Of a stretch of 64,000 nucleotides of DNA, positions 1 to 14,380 are shown piece after piece. How positions within the stretch are numbered: position 1 is the stretch's first letter; each line of letters starts with the position of its first letter. The notes beneath the pieces are model-generated. The model did not search any database. It saw nothing but the letters and a program-made list of their open reading frames with translations, and had not been told where the DNA came from. The position numbers and the translations under genes were made by a program. The DNA is from Octopus vulgaris (lineage: Eukaryota): positions 6,014,001-6,078,000 of the forward strand of contig CATOCA020000001.1 in the NCBI GenBank assembly GCA_951406725.2, read 5' to 3'.

Positions 1-339
1 TTTCGCCAAGACAGTTCTTCTGTGTGTGCCCCCGTCTGCATTCGATCCACTTGCCGCTATCCTTGTCCCAGAAGTATAGTAAAACCATTAGTCTCACGTG
101 CTCCAACAGATGTCTGCTCCTTCGTACTGAATTTGACCGAAGAAAACGTAAATATTTGTTGTCATCGTCCGATAAATATAATAATCTGCCAGTTTCACTG
201 TACCTTACAGACATCTGTTTATTATCATTACTTTTTTGTGTGCTCGATCCGGCTGACAAAACCGCGGTCATCTCTCGACGTTTATTAGAAGGGAACAGCT
301 ACGTTCACGCTAACTGTTGCATATCCATTATGAGTTGAT

Positions 340-560
340 GGAAGGCAGCAAGCTGGCACAATCGTTAGCAAGCTAGACGAAATGCTTTGAGGTATTTCGC
401 CCGTCAATACGTTCTGAGTTCAAATTCCGCCGAGGTCGACTTTGCCTTTCATCCTTTCGGGGTTGATAAATTAAGTACCAGCTGAGTACTGGAGTCGATG
501 TAATCGACTAGTCCCCTCCCACCCAAATTTCAGGCCTTGTGACTATAATAGAAAGAATTA
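340..560 (+). mobile_element. SINE family B (Meta-domain-like core)
   Basis: aaggcagcaagctggca..gagttcaaattccgccgaggtcgactttgcctttcatcctttcggggttgataaattaagtacc; core resembles the Sauria/MetaSINE domain. Confidence 0.8.
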
Positions 561-700
561 TAAATTGATGGATCACAAAGACAGGAGTCGATTCCCTGAT
601 GTCAGCTCGTGTCAGGATTTATGTGTGCGTGTCCATTAAACCCTTTTTTTTATCACAACAGAAACTGCTGTAACCCTAATCTACTCAATACGAAAGATAT

Positions 701-1100
701 ACTCTTTACTCTTTTACTTGTTTCAGTCATTTGACTGCGGCCATGCTGGAGCACCGCCTTTAATCGAGCAACTCGACCCCGGGACTTATTCTTTTGTAAG
801 CCCAGTACTCATTCTATCAGTCTCTTTTGCCGAACCGCTAAGTAACGGGGACATAAACACACCAGCATCGGTTGTCAAGCAATGCTAGGGGGACAAACAC
901 AGACACACAAACACACACACATATGCATACATATATACGACAGGCTTCTTTCAGTTTCCGTCTACCAAATCCACTCACAAGGCATTGGTCGGCCCGGGGC
1001 GATAGCAGAAGACACTTGCCCAAGATGCCACGCAGTGGGACTGAACCCGGAACCATGTGGTTGGTTAGCAAGCTACTTACCACACAGCCACTCCTGCGCC
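701..1100 (-). mobile_element. tRNA-derived CORE-like SINE, family A (full length)
   Basis: Head ggcgcaggagtggctgtgtgg..ggttcagtccc (A/B boxes), cttgggcaagtgtctt, internal (CA)/(TA) tract, tail ggcggtgctccagcatggccgcagtcaaatgactgaaac; many copies in the window. Confidence 0.9.
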
Positions 1101-2169
1101 TATGAGCTGGAAATTTCCTTTAAAATATCTCCAATTTTCTGAACGTTATAAGAAAACAAATTCGGAGCGGAGCACAGTGATACAACAAAATGATAAATGA
1201 TACGACAAAATGTCTACAAGTTTTAGATAGATATCTAACATTGACAGTCGGAGCTTGTGTATTTTCAAACCTCAATTGATTTACTTCAATTTTACATCAG
1301 ATAATTGTGCTGTGTTTCAAACTTACGCTTCTTATTGTTCTTTCGTTTTATGCTTACCTACAATAGCCACATAACTTTACTGGTCAGCCAAATCTCTCCA
1401 AATATATGATAAATGCTAAATCAGTTCCATCACCTCAACTTGTTTTCTTATCGATTGAATTTTAATTTCGAGTTCTTGGCTGATCCTTTATTTAGACAAA
1501 ATCCAAAGATGACTCAGCAGCTGTGTCCCACAAATAGAATAGAGTTAGACGGTGAATAGGTGACGGACACACACACACACACATGGAAGGTGTCCCCCCG
1601 GACATCTGAGAGAGAGTCACAAACACGGATACTTTAATACAGCGGGGATTGTGTAATACACTGCTGTTTATTTTGTCATATCTTCCCAGCATTATCCATC
1701 ATTTGCAGACGCGGTGTGCCGCGATGTGACTCGGTGTAGTGCCGTGCAGTATGGTGTGACGCAGTATAACCTTCATAGTCTTATTCATCAGCAATTCATT
1801 CTCTAAATATATTTTGCTAGCCAGGGCTTCGACCACACGAGGGGACGTTATTTGGCGATGCAAACCCTACATATTCGATAATTGATCACAAAAGACGACT
1901 GTGCCCATCGGATGTCTCTCTGTCCACCTGCATTTCATAGATATCCCCAAACATTCGTCTCCGCTCTCCATCTCACGCCACTGGACTAAGTCTTTGTTCG
2001 GCTAAAGATGACAGATTGAGATGTGAGGACATCTGGATGGAAAGCAGCTTGACTGAGCATCATCTAATGGGTGCTGAGGACAGTAGAAAGAGCATCCGGG
2101 TTGCCGGATAAAAAGATGGTCACTACACTGCGCCTTGTACATCCGGGCAGTTTACCTCGTAGGGAGAGA

Positions 2170-2565
2170 GTCCTATCCGTTGTCTTGGTAATTACAACTT
2201 TATTCTTTGCTAGGTTAACTTCTTACCCTCTAGATCACAATCTTTGCTTCCACACCTGAAATTTCTTTACCAATTCTGATACAGATCCCATTATAAGACG
2301 AAGGTGATCCGTATATAAAAGTTCTCAAGAGGAGTCACTTGTAAGTTCCTTGTTATGGCCAAGAGGACAATGATAAGCAGGAGGCCAAGAACCGAACCTC
2401 GGTGAAGTACCTGCTCTCTAAATTCATTACCCTACTCATGATTAACTTTCCCCTTGCTGACAAATCCCCTGTTCATGGCTTGTATGCCTTTCACTAGCCA
2501 CCCATCTACCTCTAACCTCCTCAGAGCCCACTAGATCGCAGATAAAGGGACTCTGTTGAAGTCTT
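2170..2565 (-). mobile_element. Decayed RTE-clade LINE reverse transcriptase fragment
   Basis: FNRVPLSAI*WALRRLEVDGWLV..HRGSVLGLLLII resembles RTE FDRVPR..WWALRKLGV.EWLV..HQGSVLSPLLF. Confidence 0.7.
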
Positions 2566-4169
2566 AAGTCCTAAATAACATTTTGATGAAAATTTATTTA
2601 ACAGAAAGAAAATTCTTTATTCACGACAAATTGTTTCGTTTCTTGAAACATGGAAATAGGCGAAAGAGAAGTTTTGTTAAATAGTCGGGTCTCGATGTAG
2701 GAAGACAAAGTCAAAATTTTAAAATACTATGGAAGACAATAATAATAAAAATTAATAAAAGTTAATAAAACTATCTCCTAATATATGGAAGGGAATTTAA
2801 GTAATATAATTAAAAATGACATCTATATACTTCTCTGTACCTTTTCAAGTTCCTCAACAAACTCGTGCCATCAGGGTTTCCATTATATATTCTCAAGCGA
2901 AAGAAAAGAAGCTGCATTAGGTTTTACAGAAATGTGGATGCTACACATGGCCATTACAATGGCATAGGCTACATCATTGTCTGCTTCTACGATCGTGTTA
3001 TTGCGGCTGAGGTTGTTTGTGGTCCTTTTGTAGGATCAATGCTGGTAATATCAAAGATCCCACATGGGTTTCAATGAATGGAGTTCCCATTCACATTTAG
3101 CACAGAAACAATTTCATGTAAAGCAGCCTTTGCCCTCCACATGCAACAAAGCACGGTGACAGACGTTTAAACAAATTGGAATATATCTTCGCACACAATT
3201 TGTCTCCCACGTTCAGCTGTATTTTGCATTATCAAGCGTTTCGATGAAAGCTAATGGGTCATTCCAAAAGAACTCAGTCAAAGCTGTGGACGTGCCCAAC
3301 ACAGATTTGGCACAAAATTATTTTGGGAATACCGCTATGTGCACAAGGGACATACTTATGATTTTAGGGTCCAACTCCGAAAGGTTTCAATGATACACCC
3401 CACCAAAATTTGAGAGCTACACCCCTCGGGGTACTCTAATGTCAGTTTATACAGATTATGTTGAACACCTTTAATACTAATGATAATATTTGTCTAAGAG
3501 TAGCTACTCCGGGTAATCTGAAAATACCCTGTCAGTATCTGCTTTCGGAATTGCTCTATCTTATTCCATATTCACGTTATTGGTCTCTCAAATATGAATC
3601 CTTTCATCAGCGGAATTTTTTTTAAAAATCAATATTCAAGGGACCCTCATGGGACCAAGAAGCATAATACAAGCAAACTTCTGCTGAGTTTCTTCAATTT
3701 CAGGACTAATCTGTCCATGATAGGAAGACTGACAATGTACCAGGCATAAACAATATTTAGAGGAGGCCTCTGAAAATGGTTCGGGGTGAACACAACTCAT
3801 TCGTCTGACAGGTTTTGCCTCGTAAGTTCACCATATGAACAATTAAACAAGGGAATGAAACTTGTGATGCAGGAATGTATGTATCCATACTTTATCCGTT
3901 CAAAATTTCAACTGGTTTTCTCATCTCCTTCATACTTAATTCATGTTATTGGCCTACGATTAGTTTTAAAGATGTTCAGCAGCAAATTATGTATGAATTG
4001 ACATCCACTCTCCAAGAGGGACTTGGCCCTAAAATTTTGGCGGGGCATATCTTTGAAACCTTTAGGAGTTTGGCTCTATAATTATACGTGTTGCGTTCCT
4101 TGTCCATGTAGAGGTATTGCCAAAAACAATTTGAGCCAAATCTTGTTTTAACATTGGGTGAGTTCGTGA

Positions 4170-4496
4170 AGGAACTCTCTGTCGGTTACCACGACACGGA
4201 TCCCAGCTGATACGATCAACGGAACAGCTTGTTCGTGAACTTAACGTGCAAGTGGTTGAGTGCTCCACAGACACGTGTATCCTTAACGCACTTCTCAGGG
4301 AGATTCAGCGTGACACAAAGTGTGACAAGGCCGGCCATTTGAAATACATGTACTACACATTTTTGCCAGCTGAGTGGACGGGATTAACATGAAATAAAAG
4401 TGTCTTCCTCAAGGACACAACGCGTCGCTGGGAATTGAACTCACAACATTACGATCGTGAACCGAATGCCCTAATCACTAAGCCACGCGCCTTCAC
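4170..4496 (-). mobile_element. tRNA-derived SINE (head 1 + tail C)
   Basis: ggcgcgtggcttagtg A-box, gagttcaattccc B-box, gttgtgtccttgaggaagacac core; tail shared with 47740-48085. Confidence 0.8.
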
Positions 4497-4754
4497 TGAG
4501 CTCCTAATGTAAAATTATTGACTGCAAAAAATGGAAATCCTATATTTACTGACAATTGTGTTTACAAGAAGGAAGGTTCTACTCGAAAGCAAAATGGGAT
4601 TTTAAGCAAGATTTACAAAATGGAATTACACATTCCATTTTTATGAAGAAATCCACAAGATATTAAAATTGCCTACATAACAATGGAGGTGTTTAGGGAG
4701 ATAGAGGGACTTACAAAAACAACATCAACAACAAATGAAATTTCAAAGCTTATC

Positions 4755-4760
4755 TTTATT
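4755..4760 (-). promoter_or_regulatory. Candidate polyadenylation signal AATAAA of the ANK-RING-DD gene
   Basis: tttatt on + strand, ~225 nt downstream of the stop codon. Confidence 0.3.
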
Positions 4761-4983
4761 TCCACAACAAGGGAAACAATTGCCCTCAATGGAGTAGACA
4801 GATCTGCTAGAATTAGTAGCCGAATCCTACTCAATTCACAATATGTCATCTGAAAGAAGGACACAGTAGACAATGTGGTATTGAGTTCTCTAAACTTAAG
4901 TGAAAGGCAGGATAGTCCTGGATGGAAGGCATTTGTCGAATGTAGACTTAGGACACAACAGCAGCGACAGTTTACTCAAAAAT

Positions 4984-5189
4984 TCAATTTGTGTCTAATG
5001 ATAGACGTTCAAGAGCGTCGAAACACTCGATTTCCTTCAGAGCTTCCGTTAATGTTTTAAGTGTACGATTCGCTGGATCACAACACTGGAACCATTTATA
5101 GAGCATCTGGAAACTTTGTTCTGCTGTATCATTAGGGAAGTCACTCTTGATAATGTTCAGGTCAACTTGTTTAATTCCTAATTCTCTCC
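4984..5189 (-). CDS. Coding exon 10, death domain and stop ([33 protein letters not shown]...[22 protein letters not shown])
   Basis: ttttgcag acceptor, phase 1, TGA at 4986-4984; classic death-domain helices. Confidence 0.88.
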
Positions 5190-8100
5190 CTGCAAAAGAT
5201 ACAACAATACAAAAATATAATTAAAACAACATTACCGATAATATAACACACGTGTGTGGTGGGTTGTTATAAATATAGCAAAGAAATCATGTGATTAGAG
5301 GAATGAGAAATACTTAAGAAACAGGGAAAATAGAAGACATTGGTCTCTGTTTCTAAAGATGTTGACAAAAATAACAAACATTTTGAAATAAAGGCTGGAA
5401 ATGGAGAAAACATTTTAAAAAGAATTAACTGAAAGTTACACGAGAAAATGTTTGGTAAAGAGCAGGAAGGAGAAGTGTTTTTCTGTGGGTAAGAGTGTAT
5501 GAGAGCCTAAAGAATCAATAGAGACCAACAGTTACACGATTTGATCCATCCATCCATTTTCTCTGTCCTTTATTCATAGAAGGGTTGCTGGGGTAGAGTC
5601 TTTAGGAATCTCCTTCGTCGGGTCCTATCAGAAGATTTTCTGAATCCATTCTCAAAGATGACCAATTGAAACTATGGATCTTATCCAACAATCTAGTCTC
5701 GATCTACCCCTAGGGGTCTCCTGTCAGTTGGCTCAGCTTGAAGAACCCGTTTTGCGATTCATTTTTGTGACATTCTAATCAGGTTTCTGACTTCTCAATG
5801 CAGAGAAGCAGCCGTTTGACCTGGAGAGACACCCAATTCTCCAGCCTACACACCCTGTCGAGTAACGTTACCCCAGAGACCCTTCAAAAGGAGTCTATTT
5901 CCGACGTTTGATAACATTCCATGGCCAATGCCTCAAGTTGTCATTTGTGATGTCTTTTCTTCTATTATTAATTAATAATTTAAAATATCAATGCTTACAA
6001 ATATCTAGAAAGCGGAGATTGAAATGTCAAATAATAACAATTATATTTGGTACACCTGGACCAATTAAAATAGAAATACATTCAATGCATGGTAGAATGA
6101 TTTCAACCACACAAACAAATTCATAGTGATTGCTACACATCACATATTATAAAAGGCAACAGCTTAGTCTTTCTGTATTCATGACTCATAATAATGATTT
6201 CTTCCACTCTTTAGAGAAATTCTTATAATGGAGAGGTTTCAAGGTAACCCTTACAATGAGAAGTGTTTTAGCAAAAACGAAGGCAGGACTCGCCATCTAC
6301 ATGCCAACAACAGTTAGATCCTGAAGGAACTACTGTATCCATAAATATCTACCTGAACTGGGAAGTTATCATATTCGATATGCAGGAAAAGAAAGGTCGG
6401 GGTAATAGGATTTTTATATGGTGTATTCAATGCACACAAAGTGTACAGTGGGATCAGAGAGAAGTTGAAAGAGGGCAAGGGGTTTGTAAGTATGAAATAT
6501 ACAAAATGAATCTGAAGTAATATCAACTCTGAAAGACGTAGTTGCTGGTTTCTGTTACCTAACAGGTATGATTAGAAGTGGAGGAGACTATGCGGAAAGC
6601 ATAGTAACTGAACTGCAAAATTGTACAGAGAGCTGTTGTGTCTATTTGCATTGAAGCGATTCTGTTTCCAGATGAAGTGCAGAGTGATGTGTAGTTCTAA
6701 AGTGCAATATTGCATTGAATGTGGAAAATGTATTAAAAACTGGCATGAAATGAGGTGGACATACTTCACTAGGAGTAAAATATTCAGGTGTAGAGATGCT
6801 GGACAAAAGATGAGCAGGAAGAAAAACTTTGTCTTCAAAGAATCAGAGATAGTATTGGGTTGGCAACTAAGTTCTCGCGGTTTTTATAAATTTTGGAATT
6901 TATGGTGTTTTTAAATTTTGGAATCTATTTTTGCTTTGAGAATTCTATTTTGAATCATTTTGGAATCTATTTTGTTTTCTTTGTAGTTAATTTTAGTTAA
7001 TTTTTGTTTATTTTCAGATCATTAAAACTGAATGTCAAGTTAAGAAAAACGAGCATTTTCGACACCTACTTTTTTGCTTTTAATCAAGGTTCTAAGGCTG
7101 CAAAAGCTGCTCGCGACATTTGTACAGTGTATGGAGAGGGTGCCATAACTGAAAGAACCGCTTGTGATTGGTATGCCATGTTCACAAATGGAAATTTTGA
7201 CCTCAAAGATGCACTTTGTTCTGGCCGTCCAGTTGAGTTCGATGAAGAGCGATTAAACCAACTTTTGCACGAAAATTCACGTCAAATGACAGGGGAACAG
7301 TCAGAGAAAATGGAATGCTCTCACACTGCTATAGAGAAGCATCTTCACTCGATGGGATGGGTTCAGAAGTATGGAGCATGGGTTCAGCATGCTTTAAGTG
7401 ACAACAGCAGAAATCAACGAGCCACAATTTCTGCTGGCTTGTTTGCTCGTCACCGCTCAACTCATGGACACAGGCAACGATTTCTTGGCCGAATCGTTAC
7501 TAGAGTCGGAAAATGGTGCCTGTACATCAATATGAAGCAGCGTAAGGAATGGCTTAACCCCGGTAAACAAGCGACACCGCGCGTGAAAAGATCTTCATCT
7601 GCGTAAAGCGATGTTGTGCGTATGGTGGGGCTGGGAAGGAATTATCCATGACGAGTTGCTTGAACGGAACCAAACGGTTAACACGGAACTCTATGTTCAA
7701 AAGATGGAACGGCTCAACACAGCTATTCAAGAGAAAAGACCTAATCGTCAGCATGGAGTTCTTCTGCTGCACGATAACTCCCGCCCTCACATCGCCAATA
7801 TAACCAAGGAAGCCATTCAAACGCATGGCTGGGAAGTGCTGTCACACCCGCCGTACGCTCCTGATTTGGCACCAACGGATTTCTACCTCTTTCGATTTCT
7901 TTCAAATGATATACGCGGAGTTTCGTTCAATACTGATGCAGAATTGAGAGCTTGGTTGGATCAATTTTTCCAGTCGAAATCGGGTGATTTCTACGAACGA
8001 GGTATTACAAATCTTGTTGAACGTTGGGAAGAAGTTGTAAACAACAAGGGTGAATACATTATTCATTAATTAGCTGGGTTTTTTATAAAACCTTTTAAAT

Positions 8101-10810
8101 TTTAAAACAAAATAGAGGGAACTTAGTTGTCACCCTAATACATGAGAGAGGAGATGGTAGAAATATGGGGAGGGGGAGTGTGAAAAATAAAATTTGGGTA
8201 AAGAAATGGCAGGAGATCTAAATGGAAGGAAAAAAGTTAAACCTGACAAAGAAACACAACTGTGGGAGAAAAATGAACGGAAGATGAGGATAATGGACTG
8301 CTGGTAGTGAATCGATTTTACCCCAGTATATGACTGGTACATTTTATATGAATTCAAAAGATATAACAAGTTGGCCACGTCATACATGATGTCCTTTCTT
8401 AATAATCATTTCTATCAGATGACTGCGGTGATTGTCATGACCTTTTGTGTCAGGGAACGAAGGTTCAAATCTAGTCCCCAGCAAAGCTCAATGTCCCACG
8501 TAAAGACATTTCTCTACGGTGCATTCTACCTACATGCATATAGGTACCATAGGGAGGTAGAATACATTACTGTAAATACTAGGAGCATTGTATAAAAGAT
8601 ACTTTCTGTTGTTAAAATTTGAGACAAGGAAACCTGGTTTATTGTGATGTTCATGCCTTTCCAAATGAGGTTTGTAAAGCAAAGAAGAAGAGTGAAATGA
8701 TTTCAATTGACAAGCAAAGTCAAGTTGTCTTTACAACTTCTGTTAGGATGATTATTTTATATTTTGTATTTCCTTAACTTAAAGGGCTGAGTTCAGGCGA
8801 CCCTGGAAAATAATCAACAATAGGGCCTGTCTGGTTTGAGAGAGGACTATAGGTTGTCCTGTGGCTAAAGGACTACAATAAATATAGAGAAACAGGCTAA
8901 CCAGGAGAGTTACTACAACATGTCACACGAGACACAGTCTCCTGTAAGAATGTTGCATTTGATAATGTGGTCCTGTTCTGCCAAGAAAAGAACGGCGTCA
9001 CACCTGGGACACTTTTCCTCTTAAGTCTGCCAGATTAAGGCAGACATCTGCCTAAACAACAACAACAACCTACCAGTATATTAAATAGCAACGTAAACAA
9101 ATAGAAACATTGACATTAACTCACCTGTTTACCTGTAAACAATAATAGAATTTAGTTACCTGTCCCAAACGACACTATTAACTCTTGTGTATCTTCTAAT
9201 TTATCTATTTCACCATACTCGGTGATATTTCAGTAATATCTTTAGCTAACCATTCGAAAGAAAATTAGGAATGGAACCTGTTCTCAGTCATTCTAACAAA
9301 CAAAAGTTCAAATAATGGCAAAATTTATAGAAATCAAGTGCTTTTTTTTACTCACCAAGTTGCTGCCATTTATTCCCCAACTTCTTTGCTACACTATGAA
9401 GAAGTTTCTCATCCAGGTTTACAGACTCTGAAATAAATATTTCCAAATTTTACACATCATAGTATAATTTAACAACATAGAATTGTGTGTTAAAGTCTCT
9501 CAAACTAGTGACATATAATTTTACTCCTTTAAAATATTCTACTAATTTTAATACTTTACCAAAGATGACACTGATGTCCTTGTAAGTACTGTTGTATTTA
9601 CTTATCTTCTAATAACTCATAATTAATTATAGTGTTGATGGAGATTTATTGATACTTCAGTTACTCACTAATTATCTTGCAGAATCCTCCATTATCTTTA
9701 TGTTGCAGACAACAGCCCTCTTGAAGTGTGACATGTTTCCTACTTGGATAAGGTCAATGTTTAGTGGATGTAGTGTGAGAGATATGCTATTACAGAGAAC
9801 AGACACTAGGAACACCTTTTATCATAAATCTGCCAGATTATGGCAGACCTCTGTCTACACAACAACATGAAGTATATTATTCTACACAATAAGGGCAATG
9901 AGACAAGCAGGACAAACAGACAGATCAGCAAAGAATATTCTTACCATCTCCAGTTCTGCTCGTTACAAGTTTCCCGCACTTCAGACATCGTTTATGAGAG
10001 ATTTTCGAACATGTTTCACATGTGATAAAATGCCCGCATGGAAGAAATTTTATTGTGGCCGTTTTATTTCTGCACCACAAACACCTGTGGAACAAAATAG
10101 AAACATATCAAACCAGTAACATTCATTTATAAGAAATATTAGAAATATTACATCGTGTACATGTTTGGAGTAGGGAATATTATGAGACGCTCCAGTGACA
10201 AGCAAGAGTATATCAGAAATTCTTCTTTAAACAATTACATACATACAGAATTGTGTGTAGTTAAATGGCATGCTCACAAACACACATACATACATACACA
10301 CACATGCATACACACATTGATAAATGTTTGTCTTGGCCCTCATACATCATAGAAATTGGCTGACACACAGTGAACTACATATATTCCAGAAATATGTTTC
10401 ACTTCTAGCATCGAACTCAATTCTTCTGAACAAATATATCTACACAGGTTTCTTTATATACACATACTTTATTATATACACTTTATTATATACATCCCGT
10501 CTCCACAGATTAGCAGATGAGGTGTCCAATACTGAGCAGTGGCAGGAATAGCCTGAAACCAGACCTGGTCTGCTGGTCCTGTTGCTATAAGATGGTAGGG
10601 GTTCGATCCCCTGCTCGCAATTAATCGGATGCACCTCTGCGTCGTTAATTAGTTACAGGAGTTGTTCTCTTGGGGTTAAACATTCGCAGTAGAGTCCATT
10701 CGAACAGATACTCATGTTGGCGTGCCTACAAATATTACTCATATATATTTTCGTCCAACCCGTGCTAGCACGGAAAACCTATGATAAACGATGATGATGA
10801 TGATATATCT

Positions 10811-10885
<75 letters not shown>

Positions 10886-11736
10886 ACTGGTGAAGGCGCA
10901 TGGCTATGTGAAGGCGCATGGCTCAGTGGTTAGAGCGTCGAGCTTACGATCGTGAGGTTGTGAGCTCGAATCCCGGACCGGGCTGCGTGTTGTGTTCTTG
11001 AGCAAGACACTTTATTTCACGTTGCTCCAGTTCACTCAGCTGTAGTAATGAGTTGCGACGTCACAGGTGCTAGGCTGTATCGACCTTTGTCTTTCCCTTG
11101 GATAACACTGGTGGCGTGGAGAGGGGAGGCCGGTATGCTTGGGCGACTACTGGTCTTCCATAAAAAAAACAACCTTGCCCAGACTTGTGCCTCAGAGGGT
11201 AACTCTCTAGGTGCAAACCCATGGTCACTCATGACCGAAGGGGGTCTTTTATATATGTATGTATGCATGATAGGTTTCGGCCAGTATTAGCGCAGGTGAT
11301 GTTTAACGTAATCCCACTACCGGGCGAATCAGGATGCGGACAACATGACCCACTCGAGGAGAGAGTTGCTGTTTACGGGGACATATACTGGTGTTGGAGT
11401 TTTATCCGGGATTTCTTGAAGGATTTTTCCAAATACTCTTTTTCTGCTTTAATGTATTTTGGTGTAATGCTAAATGGAGCGGGTCCACTTGAGGTGAAAT
11501 AATTTTGCCGTATTGTTGTTATGTGATGCGAGTTTGATTTATGCTGTGGGCAGATAATACGGGGCCCAGGCCTTGGGTATATCTTAAAGCTGATGCCAAC
11601 ATCATTTGGGCAATGCTGATGAGATAATTTCCACCATGATTTTGGGAGGCTTTATTATATGTATCGTGCATGTAGTTCTAGTTTTCTCTCCCTTATTTTG
11701 CCCCTTTCCAATAATATCAGCTGCGCTCTGTAGACA

Positions 11737-11793
<57 letters not shown>

Positions 11794-13706
11794 AACATTC
11801 ACATAAACGATTATTTGTAAAAGCAAATAAAATCTTCTGAAGCTCGTTAATTGAATAAAGCAGAACAATATTTATACAGTCCAAAAATCAATATCTATAA
11901 ACAATATCTGAATTTCAACAGACAAAGAAAGTTTTGTATATTCACTGAGGGGGAAATGTGTCTGCTTCTTAAGTAGCTCATACAGAGAGATGTATGGCAA
12001 AGAAATTGCCAAACCTTATAAAATACGGGAGTCAAGGGCGACTAAAACACCTAGTAATGGTATATGTGTTACTTGAATTATTTACGTTTCCTGGCAGTTT
12101 TTTTTTTCTATGAAGATATGTGGCGATGTTCCATCAGTATTTGCAGAAATATAATATATACACTATTGGTGTGTGTTTGTAGGTTATTTTTCTATGAAAT
12201 CATTCGTAATATTGACTGATTCGGACTTAGAAGAGTGAGAAAAAGATGTTGGTAGACAGATAAATTCCACTTAATTCTAAGTAACAGTTTCAAAATGGAA
12301 TTCATTCACTTCATTATTTAGATCTATATTTTCCTATTGATCACAAATCTTTAAAATAGGGAATGAAGAGGGGTAGGTGGTGATGGACAGTGAGGTATAA
12401 CTGGCAACACTACGAATCATGTGAATGTAATCAAAATCGTGTTCTTTCTTTGATCTCCTGACAACTGCATATTGTTTATTGTGTGGCCTTTGACAAAAAC
12501 ACTAGCGACAGTATAATGTATTGGTAGAATTAAAACGAAATAAACATATAAACATGATTATATACAAAATAGGAAATGTACTGGTTTATCTGTTCCATTG
12601 CCAGGAAATACTTACTGTGGTGGTAAAAATGTTTCTAATTTTTTTCTCAAATTTGGGTCCTTAATGAGGTCCAATGGTGTGTTATTTTTGTTGTTTTTAT
12701 GGTGGAAGTCCGCTCCCTGGCTGGCGAGATATCTCGCAACCACTATACCAGAGAGCCTTTCTTCTATTTTCAGGTTAAGGGCAGTGCAGCACTACAAATG
12801 ATGAAATATAAAATGATGACAATATTACACAAATATTCAAAACAAATGCCCCTAATTACACAAAAGTTCATCTAAATTTACTCATAGCTTGTTTATCCAC
12901 TAATTAAAGCAATTACAAAGTATTTAGTTCCTACATAATCTTTAATTGAGTCCATTTCCCATTTTCATGTTTTTACTTTATTTTCAACACTGAGACACCC
13001 TCTAAATATATTGTCATTACATTGAGCAGGACAAACCGTATTGATTAACATCAAGCTTATTAATGAGTAAATATTTACTTGTCAATCACAAATATCACAA
13101 TATATTCAATAGAAAAATCAAATATAGGAAGAACAAACCAACAAGAACCTATCTATATAATTGGCTTGATAAAGGCGACCATGTGGCCATAAGAAAGAGT
13201 ATTGTATATATAAATATAACACAACATGAGAAGAAAGAACATAAGTTATATCAGAAACAAAAACACCTATAACATAACAAAGTCAATACCACACAGACAT
13301 AACCAAACATATCAATAATGTTTCCATGATTAAGCAAGAAGCATCTTTGAATGATGACGGTAAAGTAAAGGAAGCAGGAATTAGTGTCAAGTCAGAAGAG
13401 TAATGGAGGAGTATTTTTAATCACGGACAAGTGAATTTTGGAAGAGGCGACTTGCAAGTCTACCAGATAGATGGAGGAGCATTGTAGAAAATGAAGGAGA
13501 ATATGTTTTAGATTAACAGAAAGATATAAGGATTATAAAAAACTGCTTCATTTATGAGATGACAGCAAAAAGTCCAGTAGTATTGAAGTTCATACTGTTG
13601 ATGACATCAGATAGCCGAATACAGTAAACGGGCTTTAAACAGCATTTTACAAGATATATACTCAAACTGAAAATCATTACTTGTGTGTGTTTGTCTGTGT
13701 GAGTGT

Positions 13707-13778
<72 letters not shown>

Positions 13779-14325
13779 CTAAGTACAGAACTTAAATACT
13801 GGAAATCTCACTAAGGACCATGCTTTATTGTATTTATTCTCTAGTGTCTTAACATTGAACATTGTTATGACATGTCCACAAGAAGTCAGTGGATTCATGT
13901 CGTGTACAAGAAGTAGGATAGAGAGCAGTTTCACTCAGAATTCTTCATAGAATGGACTGGATGTATTTACCATGGCACCAGCACTATAAAGCTCAGACAT
14001 CTCTTCTATCCTGCATCATTGTTAATTGAGAATAATATCTCCTCTATTAAATAGGCCACTTCTCCGTCACATTGTGATGGCTGTGTTTATATGGCCAACA
14101 ACCGAGATGGGTCACCTCTCGACCGTGGTGAGACGACATCTTTGAGAGTGAAAGGAGATGGAATATTGTTTGTTACATAATATCACTCGGGTCACAAGAG
14201 GAGACTGGATCACGAAATGGTAATGGAGGATGGGGTTGATGGGGGAGAATTGATACAAGACAAGCTAAGCTTGGCTGTCTGTCTGTCTGTCTCTCACACT
14301 CACACAAAGACTCGCAAATACACAA

Positions 14326-14380
<55 letters not shown>

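Noticed and set aside
1-338. Short ORFs 22-288 and 24-338
   Set aside because: No recognisable domain or splice context; at most a decayed transposon fragment
10910-10980. tRNA-like sequences (also ~56400, ~4430-4496, ~1030-1100)
   Set aside because: A/B boxes run directly into SINE cores; these are SINE heads, not tRNA genes
11616-11670. CTGATGA followed by gata..tatc, possible hammerhead
   Set aside because: No GAAA core or convincing stem I/III
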